Origin: an uncultured Pseudomonadales bacterium
GTDB lineage: Bacteria; Patescibacteriota; Microgenomatia; UBA1400; UBA1396
Length of the DNA: 64,000 nt
Direction of reading: 5' to 3'
Assembly: GCA_964511175.1 (NCBI GenBank)
Contig: CAZEEI010000003.1
Location: 13,716-77,715 of the forward strand
Part shown: positions 26,012-36,231 of the stretch, piece by piece
Numbering within the stretch: position 1 is the first letter of the stretch
Layout: each line of letters starts with the position of its first letter
Notes under the pieces: model-generated
What the model saw: the letters and a program-made list of their open reading frames with translations, nothing else
The model's database searches: none
What the model was told of the DNA's origin: nothing
Program-made: the position numbers and the translations under genes

Positions 26012-26620
26012 ATGATTGCCACTGCACCCGAACGAATTCGACTTGATTATTCTCTCGATCCGTTGAAGCAGGCCTTAGAGGCGTATTCTCCAGAACAGCT
26101 GCTGGTTTTATACCGCGGTCGCGACAAAGGTGCTGAAGAGGGCAGTAACTTAAACTGGACGATTGATCCGTTTTATGCTCTTTTTCACGCCGGAATATGG
26201 GGAGTGGATGATTATCCAGATAACTACGGCACACTAAGTTATACGGTTGCGCCGCTAACCAAAACAATCAGTTTTGATTCCCGTACCAGTTCTTACCGAA
26301 TCTTATCTTTACCATGGGGCAGCCGCCAATTAGTGCCTGGAGAAATACAGCGCTTATTAAACTGGCGAATTATTACTAGCCAGCAAGAAGCCCTGGTTGA
26401 GCCGGAACTGCGCCAAGCGATTGGTCGTGGTGGTGTAATTGGGGTTGATTGGCCCCAATCAGAAACCGCTAAAATCGAAGCCGATCGGCTTCGCTCACAA
26501 CTATTGTACCGCACGTTAATGTCGAATGACCCCTTGGCCGACCAAGCTTGGCAGCAAGTTCTACCAAACGCTTCACTTGATTTATTAAGATTAATTGCCG
26601 CCAAATATAATCAGCATTAA
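26012..26620 (+). CDS. Hypothetical protein
   Basis: 202-aa ORF with no recognised motif. Confidence 0.45.
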   Translation: MIATAPERIRLDYSLDPLKQALEAYSPEQLLVLYRGRDKGAEEGSNLNWTIDPFYALFHAGIWGVDDYPDNYGTLSYTVAPLTKTISFDSRTSSYRILSLPWGSRQLVPGEIQRLLNWRIITSQQEALVEPELRQAIGRGGVIGVDWPQSETAKIEADRLRSQLLYRTLMSNDPLADQAWQQVLPNASLDLLRLIAAKYNQH

Positions 26621-28059
26621 GGAGCAGGCACCGTAGCTGGTGTTGTGGCCGCCGCACCAGGTGTAGGCACCAGGCGCAAGTACATGACCGAATTAGCCGG
26701 CATAAATAAAGTAGTGGCCAACTCATCAGTCTCTGTAGACAGATCGACTTTACGCGAAGAACCGCCCAAATCGGTAATTTCCAGTTGATAGCTGCCAGGA
26801 AAGACGTTCTTAAAGGTAAGCGGTACGTTTTCTACGTGCGCAGCGTAACGGTCATAATTAGCCACTAACATTTCAGTAAAGAAGCCATTTTTGGTAGCCA
26901 AAGCCTTCACCCAGGTACCCCGACCATTAAGCTGGAGCACATTACCGCTAATCCGATTCATGAGGCGTAAGGCTAAATAACGCGGCTTAATATTGGCGCC
27001 AAACTCGTGGTTAGTCAGCAAACCCCAGCGCCCCCAACGTTCTTGACCCTTAGGATCCTTACCGTCTTCTACTTCAAAGACAAAACCACGGTCAATGGCT
27101 CCCACCATTTCAATACCGGCTGCTGCGGTATGAGCCGCACCCAAGTTGCCGTCATAACCGGCGTGATTATTACTATCATGACCAAACTCCGTGATGTGCA
27201 GTTGCAAGTTGGCCAGAGCTGGATTAGCGGCTTTCCATTCGTTGGCCAGAGCGAAATCCTTACGGAATTGTTCAATGTCCAAGTTATAACGATGCCAAGA
27301 GAAAAAGTCGAGCCGCAAGCCGTTCTCCTGAGTGTACTTAGTTAGGGTTCGAAACCAATTTTCATACAAGGCGGTAGTGGCAGGACCACCAAAACTATAC
27401 GGCTGGGCGTTTTTTACCTGGGCTCGGCCACGGTCAGCGTAACTGTAAAGGGTTAAGTAATTGCGGTCGCCGTAAGTTTTCCAACCGCCAAACAGGTCAG
27501 GCTCGTTCCATACTTCGTAAATAATGTTGGGAATTTTTTTATCACCCGAATAGTGCTGGATAGTGGCGCGAATGGTCTCCTGCCAGTATTCCCATTTTTG
27601 CGGCGGGCTGGTAATTTGGCCGTCGCTAGCAATGGTGGCTGGCATGTACGAAAGGGCGATATAGGGTTTGGCACCCGTGGCCAGGATATCGTCAATGAGA
27701 GGATCTAATTTGCTGAAGTCAAAACGCAAAGTTTCACCATCTTTTTGGACAATGTCGTAGAAGGAATAGATATGATCCAAACGGATATACTGCGGGTTTA
27801 AGGCACTAACTTTACCCTTAATGTCAGTTAGGCGCCAATTGCTCATTTCACCACCCTGAGCCAGATTTTGCCAAGGTTTAGTGAGTGGTCCAACTTCCTG
27901 GCGTACGTCGACTACTAAATTGGCGGGAGTACCGGAAGCGCCAGCCAAAAATTGACGTACTACTTTTAGTTGGGCAGCCCCCACGATTCCGGCTATGGCT
28001 ACTAAAATAACGGGCACAAGCTGCAAAAAAAGTTTCCAACGCGACACTAATCGAGGCAT
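26617..28059 (-). CDS. Membrane-anchored or secreted clan GH-A glycoside hydrolase (GH5/GH39-like)
   Basis: N-terminal TM/signal anchor, YEVWNEPD (acid/base) and ITEFG (nucleophile) motifs. Confidence 0.65.
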   Translation of the reverse strand: MPRLVSRWKLFLQLVPVILVAIAGIVGAAQLKVVRQFLAGASGTPANLVVDVRQEVGPLTKPWQNLAQGGEMSNWRLTDIKGKVSALNPQYIRLDHIYSFYDIVQKDGETLRFDFSKLDPLIDDILATGAKPYIALSYMPATIASDGQITSPPQKWEYWQETIRATIQHYSGDKKIPNIIYEVWNEPDLFGGWKTYGDRNYLTLYSYADRGRAQVKNAQPYSFGGPATTALYENWFRTLTKYTQENGLRLDFFSWHRYNLDIEQFRKDFALANEWKAANPALANLQLHITEFGHDSNNHAGYDGNLGAAHTAAAGIEMVGAIDRGFVFEVEDGKDPKGQERWGRWGLLTNHEFGANIKPRYLALRLMNRISGNVLQLNGRGTWVKALATKNGFFTEMLVANYDRYAAHVENVPLTFKNVFPGSYQLEITDLGGSSRKVDLSTETDELATTLFMPANSVMYLRLVPTPGAAATTPATVPAP

Positions 28060-28095
28060 AAATGCAGTTTACCTGTCCTGCGTAGCGCTTGGCAA

Positions 28096-28142
28096 GGGGT
28101 CAGACCCATGGCAGGGTCAGACCCTGCCATGGGTCTGACCCC
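28096..28142. repeat. 47-nt perfect palindrome, two 23-nt arms around a single central A, with core CCATGG
   Basis: GGGGTCAGACCCATGGCAGGGTC-A-GACCCTGCCATGGGTCTGACCCC. It is flanked by the outer inverted repeat TTGGCAAG (28089-28096) and CTTGCCAA (28153-28160). Confidence 0.8.
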
Positions 28143-28144
28143 TA

Positions 28145-28171
28145 ATAGCACTCTTGCCAAAATACTGCTAA
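28145..28171 (+). promoter_or_regulatory. CIRCE-like HrcA operator (aTAGCACTC-N9-tACTGCTAA)
   Basis: Matches the consensus TTAGCACTC-N9-GAGTGCTAA with about 3 mismatches, and lies about 20 nt upstream of hrcA. Confidence 0.7.
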
Positions 28172-28191
28172 TGAGTTAGAGTAGAGCCGCT

Positions 28192-28917
28192 ATGGTAGAT
28201 CTAACGGGACGCCAAATTCAAATCCTGCGGGCCATTGTCGAAAAGTACATGGAAACCGCCGAGGCGGTTGGTTCGGAAACTATCGACAAAAAGTTTAACT
28301 TTGGTGTTTCGCCGGCAACCATCCGTAATGAGATGGTTTATTTGGCCGAACAGGGTTATTTGCGCAAACCGCATAGTTCGGCGGGGCGTATTCCCACTTC
28401 CCAGGCTATCAAATTTTATGTCCGTGAGTTGATGCGTGAGAAAGATCTATCCGTGGCCGATGAAGTTTCGCTCAAAGAACGCATTTGGTCTAATCGCACG
28501 CAAGTAGCGGATCTTTTTAACGAAGCCGCTCACATTTTAGCCGAACGTGCCCGCTGTATCGGTCTGATTATGGACAGCGAAGATGGTCATTTGTACCACT
28601 CCGGCTACGCCCACATTCTGACTTTTCCCGAATTCGATAACATTGATGTGACTCGCACCGTGCTTACTCTCATCGAGGAGTTTCATGCCATGCAGGAAAT
28701 TTTCGATTACGCGCGTGGCGAGGAACCAGTTCACTTGGTACTGGGAGAGGACTTGGGCAATCAATATTTGGAACCGGTCGGTTTTGTCTTTACCGACGTC
28801 CAGGTTGGCAGTACTAAATATAACCTAAGCGTAATCGGACCGACGCGCATGGATTATGCTTACGTGATGCCGATGATGAAGTACTTCCGTGGCTTGATTG
28901 TGGAATTGATCGGTTAA
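28192..28917 (+). CDS. hrcA: Heat-inducible transcription repressor HrcA; short, 241 aa
   Basis: N-terminal winged-helix (LRAIVEKYMETAEAVGSETI...IRNEMVYLAEQGYL) in front of grpE-dnaK-dnaJ. Confidence 0.85.
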   Translation: MVDLTGRQIQILRAIVEKYMETAEAVGSETIDKKFNFGVSPATIRNEMVYLAEQGYLRKPHSSAGRIPTSQAIKFYVRELMREKDLSVADEVSLKERIWSNRTQVADLFNEAAHILAERARCIGLIMDSEDGHLYHSGYAHILTFPEFDNIDVTRTVLTLIEEFHAMQEIFDYARGEEPVHLVLGEDLGNQYLEPVGFVFTDVQVGSTKYNLSVIGPTRMDYAYVMPMMKYFRGLIVELIG

Positions 28918-28944
28918 AACATCAGATTTAAAGGGGAAAAATAA

Positions 28945-29445
28945 ATGGCGAAAACCAACGCTACTAATACTAATGAAGATCAGGAGCAGCAACTAGTGCG
29001 TTTGGCGCAACTGGAGCAGGAGCTGGCCGCCAGCCAGGAGGCGCATAAGCGTGCACTGGCTGATTTTGCCAACCTGAAACAGCGTACAGTAGCGCAGCAG
29101 CAACAGCAGCGCGAACAGGCCTGTCGGGATTTGATGTTGGCCTTACTGCCGACCCTAGATAGTCTTAATTTAGCTATGGTTCACCAGACGGATCCAGGAC
29201 TAAACCTAATCGTGGCTGAGTTTCAGCGGGTTCTGAGCAGATACGGTCTTCAGCCCATTGCGGCGCGTGGCCAAGTTTTTGATCCCCACACCATGGAGGC
29301 CGTTGGTACGGCTCCTGGTCCCCAAGATCAAGTGATTAGCGAAGAGCAGCTTGGTTACCAACTTAACGGCATCATTTTACGACCGACTCGCGTTATCGTG
29401 GGAGCCGGCTCTAATTCAGAAAAAAAGCAAGAGGAAAAGGAGTAG
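28945..29445 (+). CDS. grpE: Nucleotide exchange factor GrpE
   Basis: Coiled-coil N-terminus, the DFANLKQRT motif, and operon position. Confidence 0.85.
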   Translation: MAKTNATNTNEDQEQQLVRLAQLEQELAASQEAHKRALADFANLKQRTVAQQQQQREQACRDLMLALLPTLDSLNLAMVHQTDPGLNLIVAEFQRVLSRYGLQPIAARGQVFDPHTMEAVGTAPGPQDQVISEEQLGYQLNGIILRPTRVIVGAGSNSEKKQEEKE

Positions 29446-29446
29446 T

Positions 29447-31354
29447 ATGGCAAAAATTATTGGTATCGATTTAGGCACCACCAACTCTGCGGTAGCGGTC
29501 ATGCAGGGTGGTAAAGCGGTAATCATTCCTTCGGCGGAAGGGCGTAACACTTTTCCTTCGATTGTGGAACCAGTGAAGCAATTGGTGGGTGACGCGGCCA
29601 AGCGCCAGATGATTCTTAACCCGCAAAACACGGTCGTATCAGTGAAGCGTCTCATGGGTCGCCGCTTTGGTGATGCAGAAGTGAAGAAAGTGCAAGAGCA
29701 CTTCACTTATGAAGTGGCTAAAGGCAAGGACAACCAAGCGGTAGTTAAAGTCAGCGATAAACAATACACGCCGCAGGAAATTTCCGCCAAAATTTTGCAG
29801 AAAGCCAAGGTTGATGCTGAAGCTTTCCTGGGCGAAAGTGTTGATCGCGCTGTGATTACGGTGCCAGCTTATTTTGACGATTCCCAGCGCCAGGCTACCA
29901 AGCAAGCGGGCGAGATTGCTGGTCTCAAAGTAGAACGCATCATCAACGAACCAACCGCTTCATCTCTGGCTTATGGTTTGGACAAGAAGAACAACGAAGT
30001 GATTGCTGTTTACGATTTAGGCGGTGGCACGTTTGATATCTCTATTCTCGAAATCGGTGATGGTGTATTTGAAGTTAAGTCAACTAACGGTGATACCTTC
30101 CTAGGAGGCAACGACTTTGACGGGGTGGTGATCGACTGGATTGTTGCCGAATTTAAGAAGGAGCACGGTGTTGATCTTAGTAAAGATCGTCAAGCGCTAC
30201 AGCGGATTCGTGATGCGGCCGAAAAAGCCAAGATTGAACTGTCTTCGGCAGTAGAGACGGAGATTAATCAGCCTTTCATTACCCAGGGCAGCGAGGGGCC
30301 GCTACACTTAACTTTAACCCTGACCCGCGCCAAGCTGGAAGAGCTGGTAGCTGATCTAATTGCTAAAACTTTTGAACCGGTTAAACAGGCGTTGAAAGAT
30401 GCTGGTGTCAAAGCGGCTGACATCAACGAAGTGGTGTTGGTGGGTGGTATGACCCGGATGCCTAAAGTTATGGCTGAGGTCGAAAAATTCTTTGGCAAGA
30501 AACCCAACCAGAGCGTCAACCCGGATGAGGTAGTGGCCTTAGGTGCCGCTATTCAAGGTGGAGTGATTGCCGGTGACGTACAAGATATTGTGTTACTAGA
30601 CGTTACACCTTTGACGCTGGGTGTGGAAACATTGGGCAGCGTGCGTACGCCGCTGATTACACGCAACACGACAGTGCCAACTAGCAAGTCACAGACTTTC
30701 TCTACGGCGGCTGATAACCAGACGCAGGTAGAAATTCACGTCCTGCAAGGCGAGCGCGAAATGGCGGCAGACAACAAGTCACTGGGACGCTTTGTCCTAG
30801 ACGGGATTCCGCCCGCACCACGCGGTATGCCACAGATTGAAGTTACTTATGACATTGACAGCAACGGCATTCTGCACGTTTCGGCTAAGGAGAAAAACAC
30901 CGGCAAGGAAGCCAAGATTACCATCCAAAACGCCACTAACCTTTCCGAAGAAGAAGTCGAAAAAATGAAGGCGGAAGCGGAGAAGTACGCAGCGCAGGAC
31001 AAGCAGAAACGGGAAACCGTGGAAGCCCGCAACCACGCCCAGGGTGTGGTTGCCGAACTGCGTAAACAGATGAAGGATTATGGCGACAAGCTGGAAGAAG
31101 CCGATAAGAAGAAGATCGAAGAGCAGCTGACCAAACTGGAAGAGCTGACCCAAGACCAAAACGCCGACAAAGAAACCATCGATAAAGCGGTGGACGAAAC
31201 TTTTGCCGCTGCGCAGAAGATTGGTGAAGTGATGCAGAAGGCGCAAGCGCAGGCACCTAAAGCGGAAGAAGGTGAAGCCAAGTCGGACGAGAAAAAGTCG
31301 ACAGACGACAAGGGTTCAGCCGAAGAAGGTGAAGTTGTTGAGGGTGATGAGTAG
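29447..31354 (+). CDS. dnaK: Chaperone DnaK (Hsp70)
   Basis: [18 protein letters not shown]..., DLGGGTFD, and a C-terminal EEVD-like acidic tail. The ATG at 29447 is preceded by GGAG; the track ORF starts earlier, at 29351. Confidence 0.95.
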   Translation: MAKIIGIDLGTTNSAVAVMQGGKAVIIPSAEGRNTFPSIVEPVKQLVGDAAKRQMILNPQNTVVSVKRLMGRRFGDAEVKKVQEHFTYEVAKGKDNQAVVKVSDKQYTPQEISAKILQKAKVDAEAFLGESVDRAVITVPAYFDDSQRQATKQAGEIAGLKVERIINEPTASSLAYGLDKKNNEVIAVYDLGGGTFDISILEIGDGVFEVKSTNGDTFLGGNDFDGVVIDWIVAEFKKEHGVDLSKDRQALQRIRDAAEKAKIELSSAVETEINQPFITQGSEGPLHLTLTLTRAKLEELVADLIAKTFEPVKQALKDAGVKAADINEVVLVGGMTRMPKVMAEVEKFFGKKPNQSVNPDEVVALGAAIQGGVIAGDVQDIVLLDVTPLTLGVETLGSVRTPLITRNTTVPTSKSQTFSTAADNQTQVEIHVLQGEREMAADNKSLGRFVLDGIPPAPRGMPQIEVTYDIDSNGILHVSAKEKNTGKEAKITIQNATNLSEEEVEKMKAEAEKYAAQDKQKRETVEARNHAQGVVAELRKQMKDYGDKLEEADKKKIEEQLTKLEELTQDQNADKETIDKAVDETFAAAQKIGEVMQKAQAQAPKAEEGEAKSDEKKSTDDKGSAEEGEVVEGDE

Positions 31355-31363
31355 AACTAGCCT

Positions 31364-32224
31364 ATGGCCACGAAGCGCGACTACTACGAGATCCTGGATG
31401 TGGCCAAATCGGCTACCGCCGCGGAGATTAAGAAAGCTTACCGCAAGCTGGCGCTGACGTACCACCCGGACCGCAACAAAGAGAAAGACGCCGAAGCTAA
31501 GTTTAAGGAAATTAATGAGGCCTACGAGGTTTTAAGCAACGAACAAAAACGTGCCGCTTACGACCGTTTTGGCCACGCGGCGTTTGATGCCGCGGCCGGT
31601 ATGGGCGGTAACCCGTTTGCGGGCGGCTCTCGCCAAGGTCCGTTTACTTACACTTATTCCACTGGCGGTGGATCGCCGTTTGGCCAAGACATGGGTTTTG
31701 ATTTCTCCGACCCGTTTGAGATTTTTGAACAGTTTTTTGGCGGCGGCTTTGCCGCCGCCCACCAACGCCGGCCGCGGTATTCACTGGCTATTTCTTTTGA
31801 AGAAGCAATGCGAGGTACGGAAAAGCACGTTACGATCGATGGTAAAAAGCACACGATCAAGGTTCCGGCTGGGGCTGATGACGGTACGCGGATTCGGTTT
31901 GAAAAATTTGATATTACGATTGAGGTGACACCGGATTCCCGTTGGCGCCGCGACGGTTATGATCTTTTTGCGGATACGGAAATTGACTTTTTTACCGCTG
32001 TTTTAGGTGGTGAAGCCCAGATTCCCACGCTGGACGGATCACTTAAGTTGAAGATTCGCCCTGGCACACAGTCACACACTCTGGTTCGCTTGCGCAGTAT
32101 GGGTGTGCCGCACCTGCGCGGCAGCGGCAAAGGCGATCTTTACGTGCGGCTGATGGTGAAAGTACCGGAAAAACTCACTCGTGAACAGAAAAAAGCCCTT
32201 GCTAATGCACAAAATCTTTTCTAA
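31364..32224 (+). CDS. dnaJ: J-domain co-chaperone (DnaJ/CbpA-type, lacking the Cys-rich zinc-finger domain)
   Basis: J domain with HPD (YHPDRN), a G/F-rich linker, and a C-terminal substrate-binding domain with no CxxCxGxG repeats. Confidence 0.8.
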   Translation: MATKRDYYEILDVAKSATAAEIKKAYRKLALTYHPDRNKEKDAEAKFKEINEAYEVLSNEQKRAAYDRFGHAAFDAAAGMGGNPFAGGSRQGPFTYTYSTGGGSPFGQDMGFDFSDPFEIFEQFFGGGFAAAHQRRPRYSLAISFEEAMRGTEKHVTIDGKKHTIKVPAGADDGTRIRFEKFDITIEVTPDSRWRRDGYDLFADTEIDFFTAVLGGEAQIPTLDGSLKLKIRPGTQSHTLVRLRSMGVPHLRGSGKGDLYVRLMVKVPEKLTREQKKALANAQNLF

Positions 32225-32233
32225 GCTAGAGTT

Positions 32234-33358
32234 ATGTTTAAACGTTTATTGAGTGGATTGTTTTTGGCGGTTTTAGTTTTAGCGATGGCGGTAGTTCCAG
32301 CGCGTGCCGCCGAAGCAAGGTTGACTACAGACCCGGTGATAGTTGCTTCCCAGAAGACGGACAGTTGGGCCGATGGTCCCCACTTCTTTGCCGATCGCCG
32401 CGTGGAACTCAAAGATGATTATCTTGGTAGTGTTTACGTAGCTGGCGGTGACGTTGAGATTACCGGTGCAATTGACGGCGATCTGATTGTGGCTGGCAGT
32501 AGTATCGTAATTGCCGGTTCGGTAACCCAGGATGTGTACGCGGCTGGCGGAACGGTAACCGTCACCGGTAATATTGGCGGCAACTTAACAGTGGCGGGCG
32601 GCGAAGTAATTATTGCGGATACTGGCAAAGTGGCTCAAGCCGTGATTGCTGGCGCACGCGTTTACCGCCAATCAGGGACGGTTTTGGGCGATGTTTTAGC
32701 AGGTGCTCAGGACGCTAACCTAGATGGTGCGGTGGGGCAAAGCGCTCGCTTTGAGGCTGATCGTCTTAATATCAGTGACCGCGCCGTAGTAGGCGAACAA
32801 TTAACGGCGGAAGTACGTCGGGAGGCCAATATTAGTGATGCGGCCAAGATTACCGGTGAGCGCAACGTGACGGTTAAACCGCAAACTAAGTACGAAAAGA
32901 AGATTTCACCGATAAGTTGGTCGGCTCACTGGCTGTTGAGTCTGGTTGGTCGGTTAATCGTGATGACCTTGGCCGTAGCTCTCTTTGGCCAGGTATTAAA
33001 GCGGGCGGGCGCTGTCTTTGACCGACGCTGGCCCGATGCGTTTTGGAAGGGTGCCGCTTTTACGGTTTTAGTTCCATTCTTGGTTTTGGCTTTAGTAATT
33101 ACTATCATCGGTTTGCCGGCAGCCATGACGGTGGGATTGCTTTATATCTTGGTGATGACCACTGCCTGGGTGGTGCCTGGTTTTTGGCTAGGCCAGCGGT
33201 TAGTACCCAAAACCTCGCTTTATCTCCAGGGCGCGGCGGGCGCGGCGATCATTAGTCTAGTGGGTGTCATTCCAATCTTAGGTTGGTTGGTACGATTCTT
33301 ACTGGCGGTGCTAGGTGTGGGAGCTTTGCTTAATCTCTGGCGACGCGCAGGTAAATAG
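32234..33358 (+). CDS. Signal-peptide-bearing beta-helical repeat (bactofilin/DUF4097-like) protein with a C-terminal polytopic membrane domain
   Basis: Signal peptide ...PARAAEA, then repeats of V.VAGG.V.ItG.I.GdL.VaG, then about 4-5 TM helices. It is the last gene of the hrcA-dnaK operon. Confidence 0.5.
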   Translation: MFKRLLSGLFLAVLVLAMAVVPARAAEARLTTDPVIVASQKTDSWADGPHFFADRRVELKDDYLGSVYVAGGDVEITGAIDGDLIVAGSSIVIAGSVTQDVYAAGGTVTVTGNIGGNLTVAGGEVIIADTGKVAQAVIAGARVYRQSGTVLGDVLAGAQDANLDGAVGQSARFEADRLNISDRAVVGEQLTAEVRREANISDAAKITGERNVTVKPQTKYEKKISPISWSAHWLLSLVGRLIVMTLAVALFGQVLKRAGAVFDRRWPDAFWKGAAFTVLVPFLVLALVITIIGLPAAMTVGLLYILVMTTAWVVPGFWLGQRLVPKTSLYLQGAAGAAIISLVGVIPILGWLVRFLLAVLGVGALLNLWRRAGK

Positions 33359-33428
33359 AGCAACTGTAATCTTCTTACCTTTGCTCGATTTTAGTGTATA
33401 ATCTACCCTGTCCTTGAACCTTGATCGA

Positions 33429-33450
33429 GGCGGGTGTTCCCGCCTTTTTT
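33429..33450 (+). terminator. Rho-independent terminator (GGCGGG-tgtt-CCCGCC followed by TTTTTT)
   Basis: 6-bp GC stem plus a T6 tract immediately after the dnaK-operon's last gene. Confidence 0.75.
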
Positions 33451-33486
33451 AATAAAAGGACACCAAACAGTTAACAAGGAGTCAGC

Positions 33487-34731
33487 ATGTCGAATAGCAT
33501 GATTAGAAGCGGATTTTTAGCCCTGCTGGAACAAGTGGCTAAGGAACGCAACATTCCCGTGGATAAAGTTGTGGAATCTATCGAGCAAGCCATTGAGGCC
33601 GCTTTACGCAAGGATCGTCCGGAATTATTTGAAGAAGAAGAGTACGACGCCGAAGGTAACCTCATCCCTGGAAAAGTACATTTCCAGGTGGAGTTGGACC
33701 GCACGGAAGGTTCAGCTCGTATTTTCCGGATCGAAGATGATAAAAAAGACGATGTTACGCCGGCTGGTTTTGGCCGCATTGCCTCTCAAACTGCTAAGAA
33801 CGTAATCTTTCAGAAAGTACGCGAAGCCGAGCGCGACGCCATGATCGCTGATTTTAGTGAACGCGTTGGTACCTTGGTTCAAGGTTTAGTGGTCCGTTAT
33901 GACGGTCGCAATGCGATCGTTGATCTTGGCCGTGGCCAAGCGATGATGCCGCCGGAAGAACAGATGCGCGGCGAGTTCTACAAGCCCAACATGCGTGTAA
34001 CGGTGCTCGTGAAGGATATTCGCGATACTTTCCGCGGCAAACAAGTAGTTGTTTCGCGGGCAGACAAAGATTTGATTGTTAAGTTGTTTACACGTGAGGT
34101 GCCGGAGTTAGCTTCTGGTGCCGTCCAGATTAAGGGTATTGCCCGTGAGGCTGGTGTGCGCACTAAAATTGCGGTTTTCTCTGATCAGTCAGGGGTTGAC
34201 CCAGTGGGTTCCTGCGTGGGTCAGCGGGGTGTGCGGGTACAAGAAGTAATTCGCGAAGTTAATAACGAAAAAATCGATATTATCCAGTTTGCCGAAGATC
34301 CCAAAATGTATCTCGCCGCGGCCTTAGGGCCAGCGGAATCCTTGGTGATCGAAGTTGATGCCAAAACTAATGTGGCGACAGTTACCGCACCGGACGACCA
34401 GCTCCCGCTGGCCATCGGCCGCGGCGGCCAGAACGTGCGTTTGGCGGCTAAACTGACCGGCTACCAGATTGTTGTGAAATCAGCCACCGGTAAGCAAGAA
34501 GCGGCTGTGACCGGTGAAGAAGAGTACGAAATCGACCAGATCAAAGGTCTGAACGAAGCAACCCGTACTCACCTTATCGAAAATCGTGTTACCACTTTAG
34601 AGGATTTGCGCCGCAAGTGGGGCGACGAGCGTTTTACAAGTGCCTTGGTTGAAGATCAGAGCGCCTTAATCGCGCCAGCCGTTGCCGCCTACCAAGCTGA
34701 ATTGGATGCGCAGACCAGAAGTGAAGTCTAA
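33487..34731 (+). CDS. nusA: Transcription termination/antitermination factor NusA
   Basis: NusA N-terminal domain, S1 and KH domains; nusA-infB linkage. Confidence 0.92.
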   Translation: MSNSMIRSGFLALLEQVAKERNIPVDKVVESIEQAIEAALRKDRPELFEEEEYDAEGNLIPGKVHFQVELDRTEGSARIFRIEDDKKDDVTPAGFGRIASQTAKNVIFQKVREAERDAMIADFSERVGTLVQGLVVRYDGRNAIVDLGRGQAMMPPEEQMRGEFYKPNMRVTVLVKDIRDTFRGKQVVVSRADKDLIVKLFTREVPELASGAVQIKGIAREAGVRTKIAVFSDQSGVDPVGSCVGQRGVRVQEVIREVNNEKIDIIQFAEDPKMYLAAALGPAESLVIEVDAKTNVATVTAPDDQLPLAIGRGGQNVRLAAKLTGYQIVVKSATGKQEAAVTGEEEYEIDQIKGLNEATRTHLIENRVTTLEDLRRKWGDERFTSALVEDQSALIAPAVAAYQAELDAQTRSEV

Positions 34732-34749
34732 TAAAAAAGGAAATAAAGC

Positions 34750-36183
34750 ATGGCGTTACAACCGCGACCACCTGTCGTGACCATCATGGGGCACGTCGAC
34801 CATGGCAAGACGAGCCTCTTGGATTATATTCGCCAGACACGGGTGGCGGCCGGTGAAGCGGGTGGCATTACCCAACATATCGGTGCTTACCAAGCTGAGT
34901 TCCATGGTCAGAAGATTACTTTCATTGATACTCCCGGACACGCGGCTTTTTCACAAATGCGTTCGCGCGGTGCGCAAATTACGGATATTGTCGTGCTAGT
35001 AGTAGCGGCTGATGACGGCGTCATGCCCCAGACCGTGGAGTCCATTCAACATATCAAGAAATCCGGCGTCGCTTACGTTGTGGCCATCAATAAAATGGAT
35101 GCTCCTGGCGCTTCCGCCGAAATGGTGAAGGCCCAATTAACCGAAAAGGAAGTTTACGTTACCGGTTATGGTGGTGATATTGACGCTATCGAAATTTCCG
35201 CTAAAACTGGCCAGGGCGTGGACCAACTGCTCGAAACTTTGGTGACGATGGGTGAGCTGCTAGAGTTAAAAGCCGATCCTGACGGTGAGTTAGTGGCGGT
35301 GGTGATCGAATCCAGTAAACACAAATCACGGGGATCGGTTGCTACCTTGTTGGTTCGCAACGGTACCTTGTCTCTACGGGAAACGGTTTATGCTGGTACC
35401 ATTCCTTGCTCGGTACGGTTAATGTCGGATGCCTTAGGCAAGCCTTGTCAAACAGCTGGGCCGGCTATGCCGATTGAAGTAGCGGGTTTTGACGCTGTGC
35501 CGCCGGTGGGTGCGGTAGTGACACGTCAGCCACAAGCCACGGAAACTATATCCCAGACTACCACTGCTTTGGTTGTGCCTACTTTAACCGAAGCTCAAAA
35601 ATTAAAGATTATTCTCAAAGCTGATTTTGTCGGGACGCTAGAAGCGATTCGGCACAACTTGGCTTCCGATAATCTCGAGATTATTGCCGAAGGGGTTGGC
35701 GATGTTTTAGAATCAGACGTACAGCTGGCCGAAACAACCGGTTCGCTGATTATTACTTTCCAGGTTAAAACGCCAACCGCGATCCAGAAACTGGCTCAAC
35801 GTAGTGGCGTAAAGATCCAGTCTTATCAGATTATTTATGATTTGTTGGAAGATATTCAGAAAAAGCTGCTACGTCTTTTGGCTCCTGATATTAATGAACA
35901 TGAAACCGGTCGAGCCGAAGTAATTCAGATCTTTAGCATCCGTGGCGAGCAAGTTTTGGGTTGTAAAGTAATGTCTGGCCTCATTCGTAAAGGTGACACT
36001 ATTCACCTCAAACATGGTGACACGGTGCTGGGTGACGCTAAAATCCTTTCTCTCAAACAGAGTAAGACCGAAATTAATACTGCCGACGAGGGGCTGGAGT
36101 TTGGTTTGCAGTTAGATAAACCGATCGCTGCCGTGCTGGTAGGCGACTTAGTTACTGCTTTTACGGTTGCTGCAGAGGTCTAA
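34750..36183 (+). CDS. infB: Translation initiation factor IF-2; short form starting at the G domain
   Basis: [12 protein letters not shown] and DTPGH G-domain motifs, with a C-terminal beta-barrel. Confidence 0.92.
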   Translation: MALQPRPPVVTIMGHVDHGKTSLLDYIRQTRVAAGEAGGITQHIGAYQAEFHGQKITFIDTPGHAAFSQMRSRGAQITDIVVLVVAADDGVMPQTVESIQHIKKSGVAYVVAINKMDAPGASAEMVKAQLTEKEVYVTGYGGDIDAIEISAKTGQGVDQLLETLVTMGELLELKADPDGELVAVVIESSKHKSRGSVATLLVRNGTLSLRETVYAGTIPCSVRLMSDALGKPCQTAGPAMPIEVAGFDAVPPVGAVVTRQPQATETISQTTTALVVPTLTEAQKLKIILKADFVGTLEAIRHNLASDNLEIIAEGVGDVLESDVQLAETTGSLIITFQVKTPTAIQKLAQRSGVKIQSYQIIYDLLEDIQKKLLRLLAPDINEHETGRAEVIQIFSIRGEQVLGCKVMSGLIRKGDTIHLKHGDTVLGDAKILSLKQSKTEINTADEGLEFGLQLDKPIAAVLVGDLVTAFTVAAEV

Positions 36184-36231
36184 CTGCCGCTATCTTCCCA
36201 TTATTCTTGTTTTCGGGTAAAATACGTTACT

